Source: Squalus acanthias | Taxonomy: Eukaryota | NCBI GenBank assembly: GCA_030390025.1 | Contig: CM059432.1 | Span: 65,846,001 to 65,910,000 of the forward strand | Length of the DNA: 64,000 nucleotides | Reading direction: 5' to 3' | The notes under the pieces: generated by a model | What the model saw: only the letters and a program-made list of their open reading frames with translations | What the model was told of the DNA's origin: nothing | Databases searched by the model: none | Translations under genes and position numbers: made by a program | Shown: positions 22,989 to 37,057 of the stretch, piece by piece | Layout: every line of letters starts with the position of its first letter | Numbering within the stretch: position 1 is the first letter of the stretch

Positions 22989-25900
22989 GGCCTAGAAATT
23001 CTGCTCATAGTGCCCGGTTTTTCGGTGCCATGGGTGCCGTTTTGGGTCAAAAATGGCATCCGCGCCGCAGGTGCACACTTCTGGTGTGGACCACGGTGAA
23101 CGCCATTTTGGTGAGGTCATTTGTGTCGGCGCAGGTAGTGTGCGCCAATAGTATGCAGTGCACGCAGATCATAACGTTAATCAGCGTGCAATGCTGATTT
23201 GACGTCAGCGCTGCTATTTTCGACCTCAGTGCTGGAGCTCACACCCTCTCTTAACCTCCCACAGCTGAACATTCGTTCAGCAGCAGGAAGGACCTCCCAC
23301 CAGCCTTATTTAAAGGGACCAGCACGTGCTTTCAGGTTAGTTGCTGGTTGATTTCTACTGGCATTTGGTGAGTTTGTCGAAGCGTTTGTTGGTTTTGGTG
23401 TCTTATTTGAAGTTGCTGAAGTGTCCAGGGAGTGATGTGGCAAGTTATTTCAAGGCTTCTTCTCAGACCAGTTGCTCCCAGACATGGGTGCAGCAGTTTG
23501 TATCCCCCTTGGTCTGCAGAATGATAGGGAGAATGAGCAGAGGTGGCACAGAGGAGGACAAGCTCCTTAAAGAGGGCGGAGGAAGCCGGAGAGACGGGCT
23601 CTCAGCTGGAGACCATATCCACCCAGGGTCTTCAGGGAGCAATTCACCTACCTCAGTCTCAGTGAGGAACAGTGTATGCGACGTGCCCGCTTCACGAAGG
23701 AGATGCTCACTGAAATCTGCCACCTGTTACAGGCAGATCCGCAGCCTGAGAGCAGGGCGAGGACGACATTGTCAGTGGTTCTGAAGGTGAGCGTTGCCAT
23801 GAATTTTTATGCATTGGGCTCCTTCCAGGCAGAGTTCACCATTAACCGTTGCATAAGGGAGGTCATTGAGGCTCTGTATGCAAGGAGGGCTGAATACATT
23901 TCATTCTCTCTTGCCAAAGAGAAGCAGGCGGAGCGAGCATGCGGCTTCGCCAGGATAGCAGGCTTCCCCTTGGTGCAGGGTGCCATTGACTGCACACACG
24001 TCACTTTGCGAACGCTGCATGTGAGCTCGGAAACGCACCGCAACTCGAAGGGATTCCAGTCCCTCAGTGTCCAGCTGGTGTGCGACCACACTCAGCGCAT
24101 CATGCAGCTCAACGCTCAGTATCCTGGCAGCAGCCACGATGCCTTCATTCTGCAGCAGTCCGCTTGTACCATCCACATTTGATGCGCCACGACAAACCAG
24201 AAGGTGGCTACTAGGCAACAAGGGGTATCCGCTGGGCAACCGGCTCATGACTCCAGTGCGCAACTCAAACACGTGTGGCCAGCATGCATATAACAAAAGC
24301 CATGCTGTCACACGGAATGTGTTCGAGCAGACCATTGGGGCCCTTAAACAATGCTTCTGCTGCCTGGACCACTCTGGAGGAGCCCTGCAGTACTCACCCG
24401 CGTGCGTCTCAAGATTTGTTGTGGTCTGCTAAATGCTGCACAACCTCACCATCATGAGGGCACAGCCCTTGGCCACCAGGCATACGGCGACCAGCTGAGG
24501 AGGAGGAGGAGGAGGAGGAGGAAGGGAGGAGGCAACCGAGACAGCCCCTTTCTGGCCGGGTTGCCCGTTATCAACTGATCTGACTGTGGTATCAGTGAAC
24601 ACAAGCTCAAGTCCCCATTCACCCACAGTCCCACTCCCTACCATCCCTCTGTTACTGACCATCACAGCATCCTCTTGGCCACAATGCTACAATAAAAGCC
24701 ACCACAAAACAAATATTCCAAACCAACTTTATACATCAATCCATCCAATATTACATAACAAAGTCAACTAATCGCCCTTGTGCATTCCCTTAATGCCTGT
24801 CTTCAGTGTGTCTTTGCCTGTCCTAGTGTTACCCCAGTGGCTGCAGCATGGCTGATAGAAGGCTGCTGGCTTTCAGTGGGGGAGACTGCAGATGGCCTTG
24901 CAGGATGACCTCGAGCAGCTCTGGGCCTAGAAGGCCCGGCTTTAGACTACACCACCTCTGCATGGGTGGCGGCAGTCTGGGCTGGCTGGCCGACAGGCAA
25001 CACAAGGGCACTGGTGGAGTGGCAGTGGTGGAAGGACGAATGCTGTCATCCTGAGAGAGGACAGCAGATTCATGCTCCACGGTGCCACTGCCACTCCCCC
25101 AGGGCGGCACCTCAGCGATCCTAGTAATCTGTTGGAGGACAGATTGCTGGACCGCTGTGACACCCTGCAAGCCCCTTTCAACACTGGTAACAACAGTCAT
25201 GATGGCAGCAGTCTGAGCTTACATGGCAACAAGCTGAGCTTGCATGAGTTAAGTCTGAGCTTCCACTGTAGCACTCAGATATTGTGTGGCTTCTGCTTGT
25301 GCTGCAATGGAAGCTGAGACATCGGCCATCAGACGCTGCATGATGGTTGCGTCCACAAGTACACTAATGGATCTGTCCATCACCTCCACGCTGGAAAGGA
25401 TGGGCTCCAAGCTCTGCCCAAAACCCAGTGCAAGGTTGGTGCTGGACTCCTCCATGCTCCTTGACATTGCATTCAGGCAATCTGGCAGGCCTGCCAATGC
25501 ACCAAACATTTTGTTGTGCCTACCCATCAGCTTTGTTCAGTAAACCGCCCTATCGAGGTCCTCAAATGAGTCCTGTGCAGCAGAACTTGAGTGCGCACTC
25601 ACCCTCTGGGGAGCTGACACATGTGCTATCCTTTCCCCCTGCCCTGGCTGTAGCCCAGTTGTGCCCGGTGACTCACCACATGCAGATCCCGCCTCTATGC
25701 TACCCTCTAAAGTACGCGTATTGCCAGTATCTGAGCTGGTGGCTGCGAGTGTGAGATCGAGTGACGGTGCTTCTTCTTCATTAGTGTTTTCTTCCTCTTC
25801 TACCACTGCCTGCCCAGGTTGGAGTTCTTGGGTGTCTGAAGGCAAAAGGCCCAAGGGTAGGGTTGTGGTGAGGGGAGGGGCAGGGTTAAGCAAGAGGTGC

Positions 25901-26310
25901 ACGCTTACACCACGTGCAGCTTGTAAGTCAGAAGAGATTGTGGGATGAGGGGGAAGTGGGATGTGAGAAGGAGGATTAGGTATGATCATACCGTCATCTT
26001 CAATGGTTTCAACCCCACTGCTGGCCACAGGCTCAGTCACAGCCATTCCAATAATGCCAAGCACCGTCTCCTCCATTGGGGTTAGGATGTACAGGCACGC
26101 CTGCCCCTCTCCAGTTAGCTGCTGCTGCCTTCGGTTCTGTGCCTCCTTCTCCTGCAAGAGAGAGGGAAGTGGGCCATTGAGTGTGGTGCAATGTGTTTGG
26201 TTGATGTGGCTGTCATGGATGAATTGCTGGCAGTCTGTGCAAGCTGTGAGATGTGGGTGTGAGACTTGCAGCAGTGGTAAATGTGTGAGATTGAGATGGA
26301 CTAGATAGAG
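22989..26310 (+). mobile_element. Degenerate Harbinger: transposase pseudogene (~23484-24590, +) and Myb exons 2-3 (minus); right end missing
   Basis: GAIDCTH, YPGSSHDAFIL, WLLGNKGY and NVFEQTIG motifs across frameshifts. Myb exon 2 EKEAQNRRQQQLTGEG. Left end GGCCTAGAAATT. Confidence 0.88.
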
Positions 26311-27149
26311 GAGAAGCCAGCATAAATAAAGGCATGTCCCAAGGAAACAGCACCTGACATTTCCATGCATCTCATGCAAGGCCTAAAGATTGCTTTCCAC
26401 AATGTGTTGTCTGTTCCAAAAATACTCCTCAGCCAGGACAAGCCTTCTCTCAACCTTACAGCTCATTCTTTGCAGGTCATGTATACCCATACCACAAGAA
26501 GGCACACCTTCAAAATACAATGTAGAATTGGAACTTTGCCACACTCAAATCTTTCAACACCCTATCACCTCAAGTCATTTTAAAACAAACTAGCTGCATG
26601 ATGCACAAGCAGTTACTTACACCTAGTTTGGCTGCAATGTGTGTCATTGTGCCTCTCAAGCTCCTAAGCTCACAAGACCACTTTTCTACTGGTACAACTA
26701 GATGTTAGCTTGAGGGCTCAATCCCAATTCGAAGAATGGGCTCCCTCGTTAAGCCTCCTTGTGATATGCTCAAGCAGCTCCGGTGGGATCTATGGATCAA
26801 CCTACGTGGGTAATGTAAATAATTCTAACACTAAAAGGCAGCCATTTTAATAAATTCTGTAACTGCAATTTTCTCATGGTAACAATCTGTTATTGTAAAT
26901 CTCTCATTCGAACAAAGTATGTTTATTCAAAATTCACAAACATCAGTTGTTACAAACCACTTATAACACATACTGACAATACAAGTCTCTCATTGCACTC
27001 AGATTATTAGCTTCTCATTAAAAAAAAGGTTACAAACCACTCATTTAATGTTTTATTCAGTGTGCTTACAACTACTTCATTATGAAACCTCTTAAAACAA
27101 ATCTCCCATTATAGCATTATCTTGTTACAGATCTTTTTGTTATCACAAT

Positions 27150-27442
27150 TTTCTCATCCGGCCCCCTTACGCTGTGCAACAGGCTTCCTGTGCCGGTTTG
27201 TACCAGACTTAAACATTTTCAGCGTAATTACCTTGCATTAGGTGGCCAATTAGCCCAAGTTTTCGCCAGCACATTGATTTGTATGAGAGCGTAAAAGACG
27301 CAGCGAAGCCTCTGTGTAGTCGAAACTTGACAGATCGCAAGCTCGGGATTTAACGCATGTGCTTTGGAAATCCCGAACACGCGGTCAGTTTCAAAGGCGA
27401 TATGACGTCGTACACTGTCATACCAACCGCAAATTCAGGGCC
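27150..27442. mobile_element. Right half of a Harbinger MITE
   Basis: Ends CCGCAAATTCAGGGCC|AAT, complementary to the end type at 12770. Confidence 0.55.
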
Positions 27443-27700
27443 AATCTGTTTTAGTGATGTTCGCTGAGGAATAAATATTGGCCAGGACACCGGGGAGAAC
27501 TCCTCTGCTCTAGTGCCATGGGATCTTTTATGTCCAGCTGAGAGGACAGACGTGGCCTCAATTTAACACCTTGTCTGAATTGCGGCACCTCCGACAGTGC
27601 AGCACTCCCTCAGTTTTGCACTGGAGTGTCTGGATTCTGACTTGAACCCACAACTTTCTGACTCAGAGGAGAGAGTGCTAACACTGAGGCACAGCTGACA
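27443..27700 (-). mobile_element. Deu-SINE fragment
   Basis: Matches 8145-8400. Confidence 0.8.
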
Positions 27701-28109
27701 CTGTGTGAGGTGTGGGAAGGCACTTTCAGTGGCTCTATGATGGCATGATGTATGGGAATGCCTCCACATGACTCCAAATGCATAAAATCCCTGCCTCTAC
27801 GTATATTGGACTACAGAACAGCACAAGCATCCTGCTCCCTCAATGCAGGCCCAGTGTAAAACCTGGGGCAAATACAAAGCAGGCACAAGGCCTCTGCACC
27901 AGAGCATTGGAGCTGAATTTCAGTCCCATACAGCATTACAAAATTTCAGTCTCATAATGATCAACTGACGAAGTAATGTTATTTTGGTCATCTTGGTTGA
28001 CAGTCGCTGGCGACTCTGGGACATTTCAGTGCATTGGAAATTCTATAAATGTGTCAGTTGTTGTTAACCAGATCTTTTTGGCAACCTGTAAGCACCAGAA
28101 CAGAAACAT

Positions 28110-28674
28110 CTACAAGGAAATTTTGACTGTAGGCGCGAACTGGCGACGAAGAGTGATGCCTGCTCAGGAGCGGGTAAGCCCAAGGCTCACCCGATATTGG
28201 GCCTCAGGCCTCATTTAAATGAGACCAGTGAATCGACATTGGATTTCGGGCCACTGTGTCACTGGCAGCTGCCCTCAGGTAGATCCTGGGAGAGGGGGAG
28301 AGGATTGGGAAGGGAGGGAAGTGATCAGGAGAGGGGTATACGATCAGGAGGGAGGGGATAATTGGGACCTCTGGTTAGGCTGCATTTAGACCACGTTTTC
28401 CTGAACACTTCTGCCTCAGCGTTGGTGCATTCAGCGCAGCCCATTTTTACAAAAGGGGCCTCAGACAGGTGTGAGGCCCCCTATTTGCATATGCAAAGGT
28501 ACTAACGCCTGATTCACGCGTGGACCCTCGCGCTTCTTTTTCTGCCTTTACCAATATGGTAGGCAGCGCACTTCAGGCACAGAATGTGCATCTTCATGCC
28601 GCCCGTCATATTGGATGCTTTGGCACTCATTTTACGCCTGTAAAACAAGCGCGCCATCAACCAATTTCCAGGCC
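28110..28674. mobile_element. Degenerate Harbinger-type MITE
   Basis: Right end CCAATTTCCAGGCC. GC-rich subterminal blocks. Left end approximate. Confidence 0.45.
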
Positions 28675-29009
28675 TATGTGTCTGCTGAGCAGATCAATAT
28701 CTTAACAACATCAGATACACTGACGAGACTTATAACCCAATTATTGTCACGTTATCTTGTTTCCAAGTCCACTAAGACCATAGAAGTCGTCTGGAATTTA
28801 TTGATGGAAAGCTATTGAAGCAACCATTATAAATGTTTTCAAGAGTCAACTAATTAACTTTCTGGAGAGAGCATCATGACTAGACACTTCAATAAAAAGC
28901 TAGATCTGAAAAAGTTGAAAACCTGATGTTTAATGTTTACTCTTCAGGGCAGTTCTAAAAATGAATTTCTGATGAATACAACACAATCTAAAAATCTCAG
29001 CGAGATCAT

Positions 29010-29134
29010 TTGCATTGATTGCAGTAATTATTGCGGGTGTATACACTTTTTTCCCACTTCACATCGGAGTCGGGGTCCTGACATGAAAACCACCTGACAC
29101 GCCCCAGCCCGCCCCCAATGGCAAAATCGAGCCC
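29010..29134. mobile_element. Isolated right end of the 9272-11970 Harbinger family
   Basis: 29043-29134 is nearly identical to 11880-11970. Confidence 0.8.
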
Positions 29135-29346
29135 TTGGTCTGAAGCTACAGAGAAAGACGGGTAAGTACAAGACTTATAATTAATGCTTGTGTGTAGTAT
29201 AGCAGTTGGTGTGCTGTATCCTGCTTGTGAAGATGTGGTCAGCACAATACAGAAAGCATTGTTGCAAAAATGAACTTCACCATTCTTTCCAACAGAAATA
29301 TGTTTTATATTTGTCCAGAGCATCAGTCAAAAGTGTCAGTTTCTAA

Positions 29347-29851
29347 GGGCCGGATTTTGCAGTGGGTAATGACGGCAAACTACCAGCGTTCGCCATTATT
29401 ACCCCTTTGAATCTAACGCATGCACATCTAAACGCGGAATCCTGTTGCAGTCAGTCATGCGAGAGCCCCAATCTTTGTTTCACTCTCTGTAACATTTTTT
29501 AAATGTCCGGATAAAAGCAGCTTTTCATTTCCTGATTTCCTGTCTGTGAGAATTCTGCAATGCAATTGGCCGCTTCGACAGCTTGTTGATGTCACAGCAA
29601 CATCGCTCTAGGGATTCCCACTACAGAGTGCTGAAATCACTTGAGTGTCGAAAAGGCAAACTTCTCACCACAGAGATCGCGAGATGTAGTGGGAATCCCT
29701 AGAGCCAATCACATTGCAGATTGGGGCTCTCACATGGGGATAAGGTAGAACCTGAAATATCATGAACAAACTTTCTGTTCATGTGATCTCTGTGGGCAGC
29801 TTTCTTCGGGGCGAGCGCCTTTGCTTCACCGCTGACCGCAAATTCCGGACC
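29347..29851. mobile_element. Harbinger MITE (same family as 30851-32360) with internal inverted duplications
   Basis: GGGCCCGGATTTTGC ... GCAAATTCCGGACC. Confidence 0.75.
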
Positions 29852-30850
29852 TGTGTGTTTTATTTATTAATGTCTAATTCTGTTCATTAATCTAATCATA
29901 ATACTCTACCTTAACTTTTGTATTCATCTACTGAAGGCCTTATTATGTAATGTCTGGCTTCAGGCAGTGAAAGAACTTGGCTCACTATATCCGCCACAGA
30001 GTCAAACAGCTTATTGTGCACTTATTTCAACACACAGCTGCAGCAATGATGCTGTATTTACTTTTAAGGTAGAGTTCAGGACAACTTGATGATGCTGTGT
30101 GCCTACAATAATGATACAAACCACCCAGTTATCTGTGTGTGAATTCAGCTAATACACGTCAAGCAGTAAGAATATCTTTATTTCAGATTTACTAGCATAG
30201 TAGTGATTTGCTCTTGGAATATTAAACAGAATTTTATAGATATTTAGTTGGACACAAAGGGTGGCGCTGTGCTGGAAGATTCAGAGTTGGAAAAACACTT
30301 TCCTGTTATAAACAAAAGAGGCAATGAACCCACAGAAATAGAACTGTGATAATTACTTGTGATGGTCAGTAATGGGTTAAGAGGATTTTATTCACTAGGT
30401 AAACAATACCCATGTCCTTTTATTTGTTTATCTTCTGTTGACAGTGGAAAATGAAATCAGTTCTGGTGGTGACAACAGTCTGTTAACAAAGCTATTGTCT
30501 GGATTTTGTCATTGAAGAGAAACCCTTACTTTTAAAGGGAACAGCTGCCACTGCAAAAACAAGTAGGATTATGTACCTCAGGCATAATTTGTACGTAGTC
30601 CAAATATAATTGTAATGCGTATTTATGCGCATGGAACATTCTGGCATAAAAAGTGTTCACTCCAGAACAACAGCACTGCCGATGGCTGCCTTCCAAATAG
30701 CTATCAATAACAGCTAGCATCATAAACAAGGTGGCAGAACTACTAATGAAAGCAAATCTGTTATTTATGGCTCTGCAACTCTTGTTAAAATTACCAAGCA
30801 AAGTTATATATAGCATTCCTTCAATAAAATATTAATACTAAGAACTTAAT

Positions 30851-32360
30851 GGCCCGGAATTTGCGGTTGTAATGATGGTGAAACTGTCAGCACACGATGT
30901 CATTACTGTGTAAAACTGACAGCAACTTCTGGCGTCCGCACAGGCGCAGTTAAACGCGGAAATGCAGAAGTTGCTGTAAGTGATACCCTGCTCCTCCACA
31001 GGGTGTGCTGTTGCAGTCTTCGCAGATGCAATCAACACAGAATCAGTGAATTGATGTGAGTTTTTACACACTATTCTCACTGTAAAAAACAATGGCCCTG
31101 AAATTCGCCTCTCCGGCTTGCCACGGGGGTAAGGATCGCGCGCGCACTTACCTACCACGCCTGCCGTTGACCTCTGGGCCCACGGGAACTTCAGCTCCTG
31201 GGCCTGCTCCAAGTGCCGGCGCGCAGTGCTTGCGTGTCCCAGGGGCGTAGTTAGTGCGATGCGTGCCCTGGGATCACGTGGGCCATGGAGAGCCAATGGC
31301 AGCAGACCATCTTTCATTCATAGATTTGACAGGAAGACCTGTCAAATCTATGAATTGAAATCGGCCCCAAAAGAACAGCTAAACTTAAAATATATTTTTT
31401 TTAAACCATCACATTTACAAAATAAATTAACTACTTTAAACAAAAATGTAAGTTTTTGAAAAAATTAAAATACTTTTTAAGAGTGCTAAAAATAAACTTA
31501 CCTTTCTTTAAAGTATCGAAAAAAGATAAACCTGTTGAAATTTTTTTTAAATTATAATTAATTAACCACTTACCTTGTTGAAAACGGGTCCTGCGCCTCC
31601 TTTTTAAAAGCGCAGGTTCTTCAATACTTACCCTCCCGTAGAAACCTGAAAAAAACCCTAAGTTTGCGGCGTGCGCGCAGCCTCTATCGTGCACGCGGTT
31701 CACCTATGAACCGCCCCCTTCACCAGACCGGAAGTTCCGGTTTCCCGCGCATGCGCAGTGCATGCAGGAAACCGGCACTTCAGGACGCCTTACGGGTGAG
31801 TACACAGTGCGTACTCACCCGGCAAGGGCCGAATTTTTGGCCCAATGAAAATGTTAAGCCTTGTTGAATGAGGTGTAACTGAGTTTTTAATGGCGTACTA
31901 AGTGATGATTACTGCTGAACAACTACGCTGGCCCTGAAAAACTATTTTTTATAAGTGTGGAGTCTCATTCCCTCAGAAGAACAATTCAAAATTTCATGAT
32001 TTTTAAAATAATAAAAATTATTATTTTTTTAATGTTTGGTTATGATATTTCAGTTTCTACCTTAATCCCATGTGTATGTCCCAATCTTTATTTTGCTCTC
32101 TGTACAATGATTAAAATGTGAATTATAATCCCTGCTTTTTACTTCCTGCTTTGCTGTCTGTGCGAATTCTTCAATTTGATTGGCTGATCAGCCTGCTTGC
32201 TACCTGCACTGTTGCTGGATGCCACAGAAGGCACCAAATTCAAAGTCACATTGGAATAGAGGAAATCCACGCTCAAGAGCATGCTAAATCTTTGTGGGCA
32301 GCTTTTTTCGAGGTCAGCGGTGAGCGCCGTCCCTTCGCCGCTGACCGCAAAATCCGGGCC
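30851..32360. mobile_element. Harbinger MITE with a nested MITE
   Basis: 17-bp TIR GGCCCGGAATTTGCGGT / ACCGCAAAATCCGGGCC (1 mismatch). TSD AAT. Confidence 0.88.
31094..31843. mobile_element. Nested Harbinger MITE with several hairpins
   Basis: GGCCCTGAAATTCG / CGAATTTTTGGCCC. TSD AAT (31091-31093, 31844-31846). Confidence 0.85.
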
Positions 32361-32979
32361 AATAATGTTAAGATTTGGGTATGTCACACATACATTTTAA
32401 AGTTGGAGTCCAAATTATCTTGTGAATGGTTTGACAATTGCAAATCATTTATCCTTAGTTCACATTAACCATTGTCATGAAATGATTAGTGAAAAATCAT
32501 GAGGAATCTTTACTGAAGATAAGAATTCTGATAAGTCTAAATGTTAGATTCACATGATTCAAAATTTGGGTTATTTAAATCTAAATTCAGTTCTTAATTG
32601 ATGTTTGATAATTGAAGCTAGCAGCTGATAGACATATAACAGGGGTTAAAATGAGCCTGAAGTAGATTGTCATGATATTCAGACTATTCAATCAATGATT
32701 TACACATCCTATGACTCCCCCTTAAAGAAATAACTGGATACATTTACCATGTGCCTTTCCCAAGAAGGGATATTTGGATTAACCACTTAATAATATAAAG
32801 GGCTTTATAGGCTACTAAAACCCAGAATAGGTTCTCTAATCTATTTTTATTATCTGGTTTATCCTTTCTTACCTTTTTAAAGGGAAATGTACCATTGGCT
32901 ATTCTCCAGACCCCTGGCATACATTTCTTATCTAAGAGGATTGAAAAATTATGGTCAAATCCTTTGCTACCTTCTACTA

Positions 32980-33070
32980 CAAAAACAGAAAATGCTGGAA
33001 ACACTCAGCTGGTCAGGCAGCATTTGTGGAGAGAGAAACAGAGTTAATGTTTCAAGTCGATGACCCTTCT
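32980..33070 (-). mobile_element. Penelope terminal fragment with decayed hammerhead
   Basis: Homologous to 45911-46000. CTGATGA core lost. Confidence 0.75.
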
Positions 33071-33419
33071 CTCTGACTTCCATCAACAGTCTAGAGTGCG
33101 TGCTATCAGGGCTCAGTGACTTATCCATTTTGAATGCTGCCCTGCCCTGCTTGCATCAACTGTAAGACTTCCATGTGCAATTGCTGGCCAGTCGGTGGGC
33201 AAATGGCCCAACTCTGCACCAGCGGTTGCTTTTTTGTGGCCCCCGCAGATGGCCTGTTAACGCGTACGTTGACAAGCCACAAGTTCTGGATTTTGCGCAT
33301 GAGAGTATGCTGTCATACACACTGCAATTTCAGGGCCATTATGTCTGTAACAAAAATGTAATCTTCTATCTGTGCTGAATATTTTTAACTTACATTTTCT
33401 AGTGCTAGAATTAGCATGT

Positions 33420-36400
33420 AAGGGGTTGAAGGAGAATCACACAGGGCATTTCTCAAAGGAGAACACACCAATATAGGAGAGAGCAGGCTCCAAGGTTTTC
33501 GGATACTGCTCTGGAGGTCTTGGTGGAGGAAGTCAAAGGGAGGAGAGATGTCCTGTATCCGCAGGGGTTAGGAGGACCTCCAGACACATGCTCAGAAGGC
33601 AGTGGGAGCAGATAGCTGTGGAGATCAATGCGAGGAGTCAAGATCCGAGGACCTGGATGCAGTGCCACAAGAAGTTCAATAACCTCACACGAGTGGTCAA
33701 GGTAAGTGAATGCATCTTCAAATACCAGATCCTACCAACTGCACCAGTAGACTCAGCCACCGCTCAAATCACCACACCCCATCACTCACCCACCAACAAT
33801 CTCTATCAATCAGGCCTCATACCTAACATTCATATGCTTCACCTCACCCTCACACACTTAGCATTGCTACAAGCCTCACACCCACATCTCACAGCTTGCA
33901 CACACTGCCAGCTATTCAACCATGACAGTCACATCAGCCAAACAGATTGTACCACACTCACTGACACACTTCCCTCTCACTTGCAGGACAAGGTGGTGCA
34001 CAACCATAGGCAGCAAGAGCTAACCGGAGGAGGACAAGCACGCCTGCATGTCCTAACCCACATGGAGGAGATGATGCTGGCCATTATTGGAATGGCCATT
34101 GCTGAGGCTGTGGCCAGCGGCAGGGCTGTAACCTTTGAAGATGATGGTGTCCTCATACCTAATTCTCCTTCTCACATCCCACTTCTCCCTCATCCCACAC
34201 TCTCTTCTGATTTACAAGCTGCAGATAGTACTGCACCTCTTACTTTCCCCCACTCCCCGCACCACAACCTTACCCTTGTGCCTTTTTCCTTTCAGATACC
34301 CAAGAGGTGCAACCTGGCCAGGCAGTGGAGGAAAACCAAGAAGAGAGTGATGATGAAGGCGCAGTACCGTCACTTGATTTCACACTTGCTGCCATCAGCT
34401 CAGTTACTAATACTGCGCATATCTTAGAGAATAGGTTACAGGCGGGATCTGAACATGGTGAGACACTGGGCATGAGTGGTCAGGAAGCAAGGATAGTGCA
34501 GGTGCCAGCTCGCTGGAGGGCGAGGTCGCAGACGGTTTTGGCTGCAGAGGACGCAGATGAGGACTTCAATGGGGTAGCCTACAGAAGTACGCTAATGGGT
34601 ATGCACAGAAAAATGCTTGGTGCATTGGCAGGCCTGCCAGAAAGCCTGCATTCAATGACAAGGAGCATGGAGGAGTCCAGCACCAACTTGGCACAGGGCT
34701 TTGCGCAGATCTTGGAGCCCATCCTTTGAAGTATGGAAGTGGTGGCCAACTCTGTTCATGCACTTGTGGACCCAACCATGATGCAGTGTCTGATGGACGA
34801 TGTCACAGCTTCCATTGCAGCACAAGCAGCAACCATCCAACATCTGAGTGCTACAGTGGAAGCTTAGACTTCTGTCATGCAAGGTCAGCTTGCTGCCATG
34901 CAAGCTCAGACTCCTGCGATCATAGCTGCAGTTACCAGTGTTGAAAGGAGCTTGCAGGGTGTCACAGCAGTCCAGCAATCTGTCCTCCAACAGTTTACTA
35001 GTATTATTGAGGTGCCACTGGGGGAGTGGCAGTGGCTCCACAGAGCACGAACCTGCTGTCCTCTCTCAGGAAGATAGCATTCGTCCTCCCACCCCTGCCA
35101 CTCCGCCAGTGCCTGTGCTGTTGCTAGTCAGCTGGCCAGCCCACACTGTTGCCGCCCATGCCGAGATGGTGCAGCCTGCAGCTGGGCCATCTAGGCCCAG
35201 AGCTGCTTGAGGTCGCCTTCCAAGGCCATCTGCAGTCTCCTCCATTGAAAGTCAGCAGCCTTCCACCAGCCTTGCTGCAGCAACTGGGGTAGCACTGCAT
35301 AGGAGCACTAGGACAGGCAAAGGCACCTAGAAGACAGCCACTAAGGGAATGCACAAGGGTGATTGGTTTAAGTTTACATGCAATATGGCATGATTTCATT
35401 TATAAATTTGGTTTGGAATGTTTATTTTGTGGTGGCTTTTATTTTTGCATTGTGGCCAAGCGAACCCTGTGATGCTCAATGACAGAGGAAAGTAAGGTGT
35501 GGGACTGTTAGTGAATGGGGAATTGGGGTTGCAGTTACTGGTATCATACTCGGATGAGTTCTTCATGGACATCCCGGCTGAAAGGGGCTGTCTAGGTTGC
35601 CTCCTCTCTTCCTCTTCCTCCTCCTCCTCCTCATGCTCCTGCTCCTCAGCTGCTTACCGTATAGCTGGTGGCAAGGGCTGCTGCATAACCTCATGATGGC
35701 GAGGTTGTGTAGCATGCAACAGGTCACCACGAATCTTGACACCCGCTCTGCTGAGTACAGTAGGGCTCCTCTAGAGCAGTCCATGGCTTTCATTGTATGC
35801 ATGCTGCGCCATGTGCATGGGTTGCACACCGGAGTCATGAGCCATGTTGTCAGCAGAAAGCCCTTGTCGCCCAGTAGCCATCCTTTGGATTGCCATGGTG
35901 GCTGAAATGCAGCTGGCACAGCAGACTGCCACAGAATGAAGGCATCATGCCTCCTGTCAGGCATTGACCTGCATGATGTGCTGTCTATGTTCACACACCA
36001 GCTGGATGTTGAAGGAGTGGCATAGGGCAGAGTTGACATGCGGCTCCCGCAAAGCAATGTGCGTGCAGTCAATGGCACCCTGCACCATGGGGAAGCCTGC
36101 AATCCTTGTGAAGCCACATGCTCGCTCCGCCTGCTGCTCTCTGGCATGAGAGACTGAAATGTAGTCAACTTTCTTTGAATAGAGAGCCTCAGTGACCTCC
36201 CTTACGCAACAGTAGATGGCAAACTGCGAGATGTTGCAAATATCTCCAGCTCAAGCCTGGAAGGAGCCAGATGCATAAATGTTTGTAGCCACGGTCACCT
36301 TCACAGCCACTGGCAATGCGGTCCTTGCCCTGCTCTGAGCTTGCAGTTGTGGCAGCAGTAGTTGGCAGATTTCAGTGAGGACATCCTTACTGAAGTGGAG

Positions 36401-37057
36401 ACATCTCACACATTGTTCCTCACTGAGGTTCAGGTAGGAACACCCTGGGCGGATATGGCCTCCTGCTTGAGACCTCTTCTCCCCCTCCTCCTCCTCCCTC
36501 TTCCAGCAGCTTGTCCTGCTCTGCATGGCCTCTGTTCATTCTCAAGAATGCCTACTTGTGCACCCATGTCCGGCGGCAAGTGATTTGTACAGAAGCCTTG
36601 AAATCAGCAAAAAGTCATGTGCTGTGGACTTTTGAAACTTGAAACAACTATAGAAAGCACCAAACACTTGCAGAATCGCATCAATAGCCAGAAAGATCAA
36701 CCAGCAACTAACCTGTAAGTAGTTGATGATCCCTTTAAATAGAGCTGGTTGGAGGGGGCGGGGGGGAGTTCTTCCTTTGGCTGAATGCGTGTTCAGCTGT
36801 AGGAGCTTAAGAGAGAGTGTTTGCTGGAGCGTTGAGCTCCAAAATAGCACCGCTGGTGTCAAATCAACGTTGCACACTGATTGACGTCATGATCTGCCTG
36901 CTCTGTAACCTTCCGGTGGACGTTAGCTGCACACGCGCTAATGCCCTTACCAATATAGCGTCCGGCGCGATTCACCCCACAAGTGTGCAAATGCCATTTT
37001 GGTATCCAAACGGCACCCGTAGTGTCCAAACAATGGGCGCTACCGATCCAATTTCGT
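33420..37057 (-). mobile_element. Degenerate Harbinger, inverted relative to 22989-26310: Myb pseudogene on + (exon 1 ends 33701; exons 2 and 3 start 33987 and 34296), transposase pseudogene on minus (~36567-35540)
   Basis: RTWMQCHKKFNNLTRVVK|GTAAGT. DKVVHNHRQQELTGGG. WLLGDKGF. Collinear with 22989-26310. Confidence 0.88.

Noticed and set aside
12770..27442. One 14.7-kb element (complementary ends, AAT on both sides)
   Set aside because: AAT is a common target here, and the interior holds unique DNA and older repeats. Two half-MITEs are more parsimonious.
22989..37057. Composite transposon from two inverted Harbingers
   Set aside because: No matching TSD and the copies carry independent lesions.
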